In this document: positions 4,467 through 5,184 of the stretch, piece by piece
How the letters are laid out: each line of letters opens with the position of its first letter
How positions within the stretch are numbered: position 1 is the first letter of the stretch
Source: a virus
Taxonomy: Duplodnaviria; Heunggongvirae; Uroviricota; Caudoviricetes
IMG/VR virus record: IMGVR_UViG_2703718801_000009
Span: 1 to 5,184 of that record
Reading direction: 5' to 3' (one strand)
DNA length: 5,184 bases
Notes under the pieces: generated by a model
Databases searched by the model: none
Seen by the model: only the letters and a program-made list of their open reading frames with translations
What the model was told of the DNA's origin: nothing
Translations under genes and position numbers: made by a program

Positions 4467-5184
4467 TACCTGTGTGGAGCACGGCCTGCCCGGACTGGGC
4501 AGAGCGCCTGAAAAAGGGGCTGTCGATTATTCCGGCTCCGATTTATCCGGACCAGGCTGCACATGCACTGGCGATTTTTAAACAACTGCGAATTGTGGAT
4601 GCACCGGGTAGCCCGACATTCGGGGAGTCCTGTGCACCGTGGGTGTTTGACCTGGTGGCGGCCCTGTTTGGCTCCTACGATGCGCAGACCGGTGTTCGCC
4701 ATATCAAGGAAGTGTTTATCCTTATCCCCAAGAAAAACAGTAAGTCCACGCTGGCTGCGGGGATCATGATGACGGCGCTGTTACTGAACTGGCGGCAGGC
4801 GGCGGGCTACACCATTCTGGCCCCGACCGTGGAGGTGGCGGCTAACGCCTTCAACCCTGCCAGGGATATGGTACGACGGGACGATGATCTGGATGACCTC
4901 TGTCAGGTGCAGACACATATCCGGACCATCACCCATCGGGTGACGGACACCACCCTGAAGGTGGTGGCAGCCGATCCGAATACGGTGTCCGGTATCAAGT
5001 CCGTGGGGACACTGATTGATGAACTGTGGCTGTTTGGCAAGCAGTACAAGGCGGAAGACATGCTACGTGAAGCCATCGGCGGGCTTGCCTCCCGTCCGGA
5101 AGGGTTTGTGGTGTATACGACCACCCAGTCGAATGAACCGCCCGCCGGGGTGTTCAGACAGAAACTGCAGTATGCCCGGGATGT
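4463..5184 (+). CDS. Terminase large subunit, N-terminal ATPase domain (partial; continues beyond the window end)
   Basis: Hand translation from ATG 4463 stays open to the end of the window: MIPVWSTACPDWAERLKKGLSIIPAPIYPDQAAHALAIFKQLRIVDAPGSPTFGES...VFILIPKKNSKSTLAAGIMMTALLLNW... The Walker A-like PKKNSKST and the N-terminal motifs are typical of HK97/P27-type large terminases. The track omits it because no stop is reached. Confidence 0.9.
   Translation, partial: MIPVWSTACPDWAERLKKGLSIIPAPIYPDQAAHALAIFKQLRIVDAPGSPTFGESCAPWVFDLVAALFGSYDAQTGVRHIKEVFILIPKKNSKSTLAAGIMMTALLLNWRQAAGYTILAPTVEVAANAFNPARDMVRRDDDLDDLCQVQTHIRTITHRVTDTTLKVVAADPNTVSGIKSVGTLIDELWLFGKQYKAEDMLREAIGGLASRPEGFVVYTTTQSNEPPAGVFRQKLQYARD

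Noticed and set aside
4097-4769. ORFs 4097-4282 (-), 4113-4343 (-), 4316-4702 (-) and 4563-4769 (+) overlapping terS/terL
   Set aside because: Antisense or off-frame relative to terminase genes with conserved motifs; Arg/Cys/His-rich translations typical of spurious frames in GC-rich coding DNA.
4903-5124. Minus-strand ORF inside terL
   Set aside because: Antisense shadow of the large terminase reading frame.
1-5184. CRISPR arrays, insertion sequences, integrase or attachment sites
   Set aside because: No regularly spaced direct repeats, no transposase- or integrase-like ORF, and no long terminal inverted repeats were seen. The only repeat cluster (3704-3832) is better explained as a terminase recognition region.

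Overview
This window reads as the late region of a lambdoid/HK97-like prophage from an enterobacterium, running from lysis-gene remnants into the DNA-packaging module. In order on the + strand: an antirepressor-like gene (40-609), a small hydrophobic ORF, a spanin pair (Rz with embedded Rz1) whose Rz lacks its membrane anchor in frame, two tandem intrinsic terminators, a KilA-N domain gene coupled to a small basic-tailed ORF, a 420-bp ORF-poor spacer, a lipoprotein made of a signal peptide plus a TonB C-terminal-like domain with a palindrome over its putative promoter, a ribbon-helix-helix gene on the - strand, an HNH endonuclease, a GTTAAC-rich repeat region that is probably the packaging recognition/cos region, the small terminase subunit, and the start of the large terminase subunit, which runs off the window. 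No rRNA, tRNA, CRISPR array or transposase was found. The strongest candidate for something new is the TonB-C-only lipoprotein, which could be a superinfection-exclusion or colicin-resistance decoy. All family assignments come from reading motifs by eye and from memory of those families; no database search was run.
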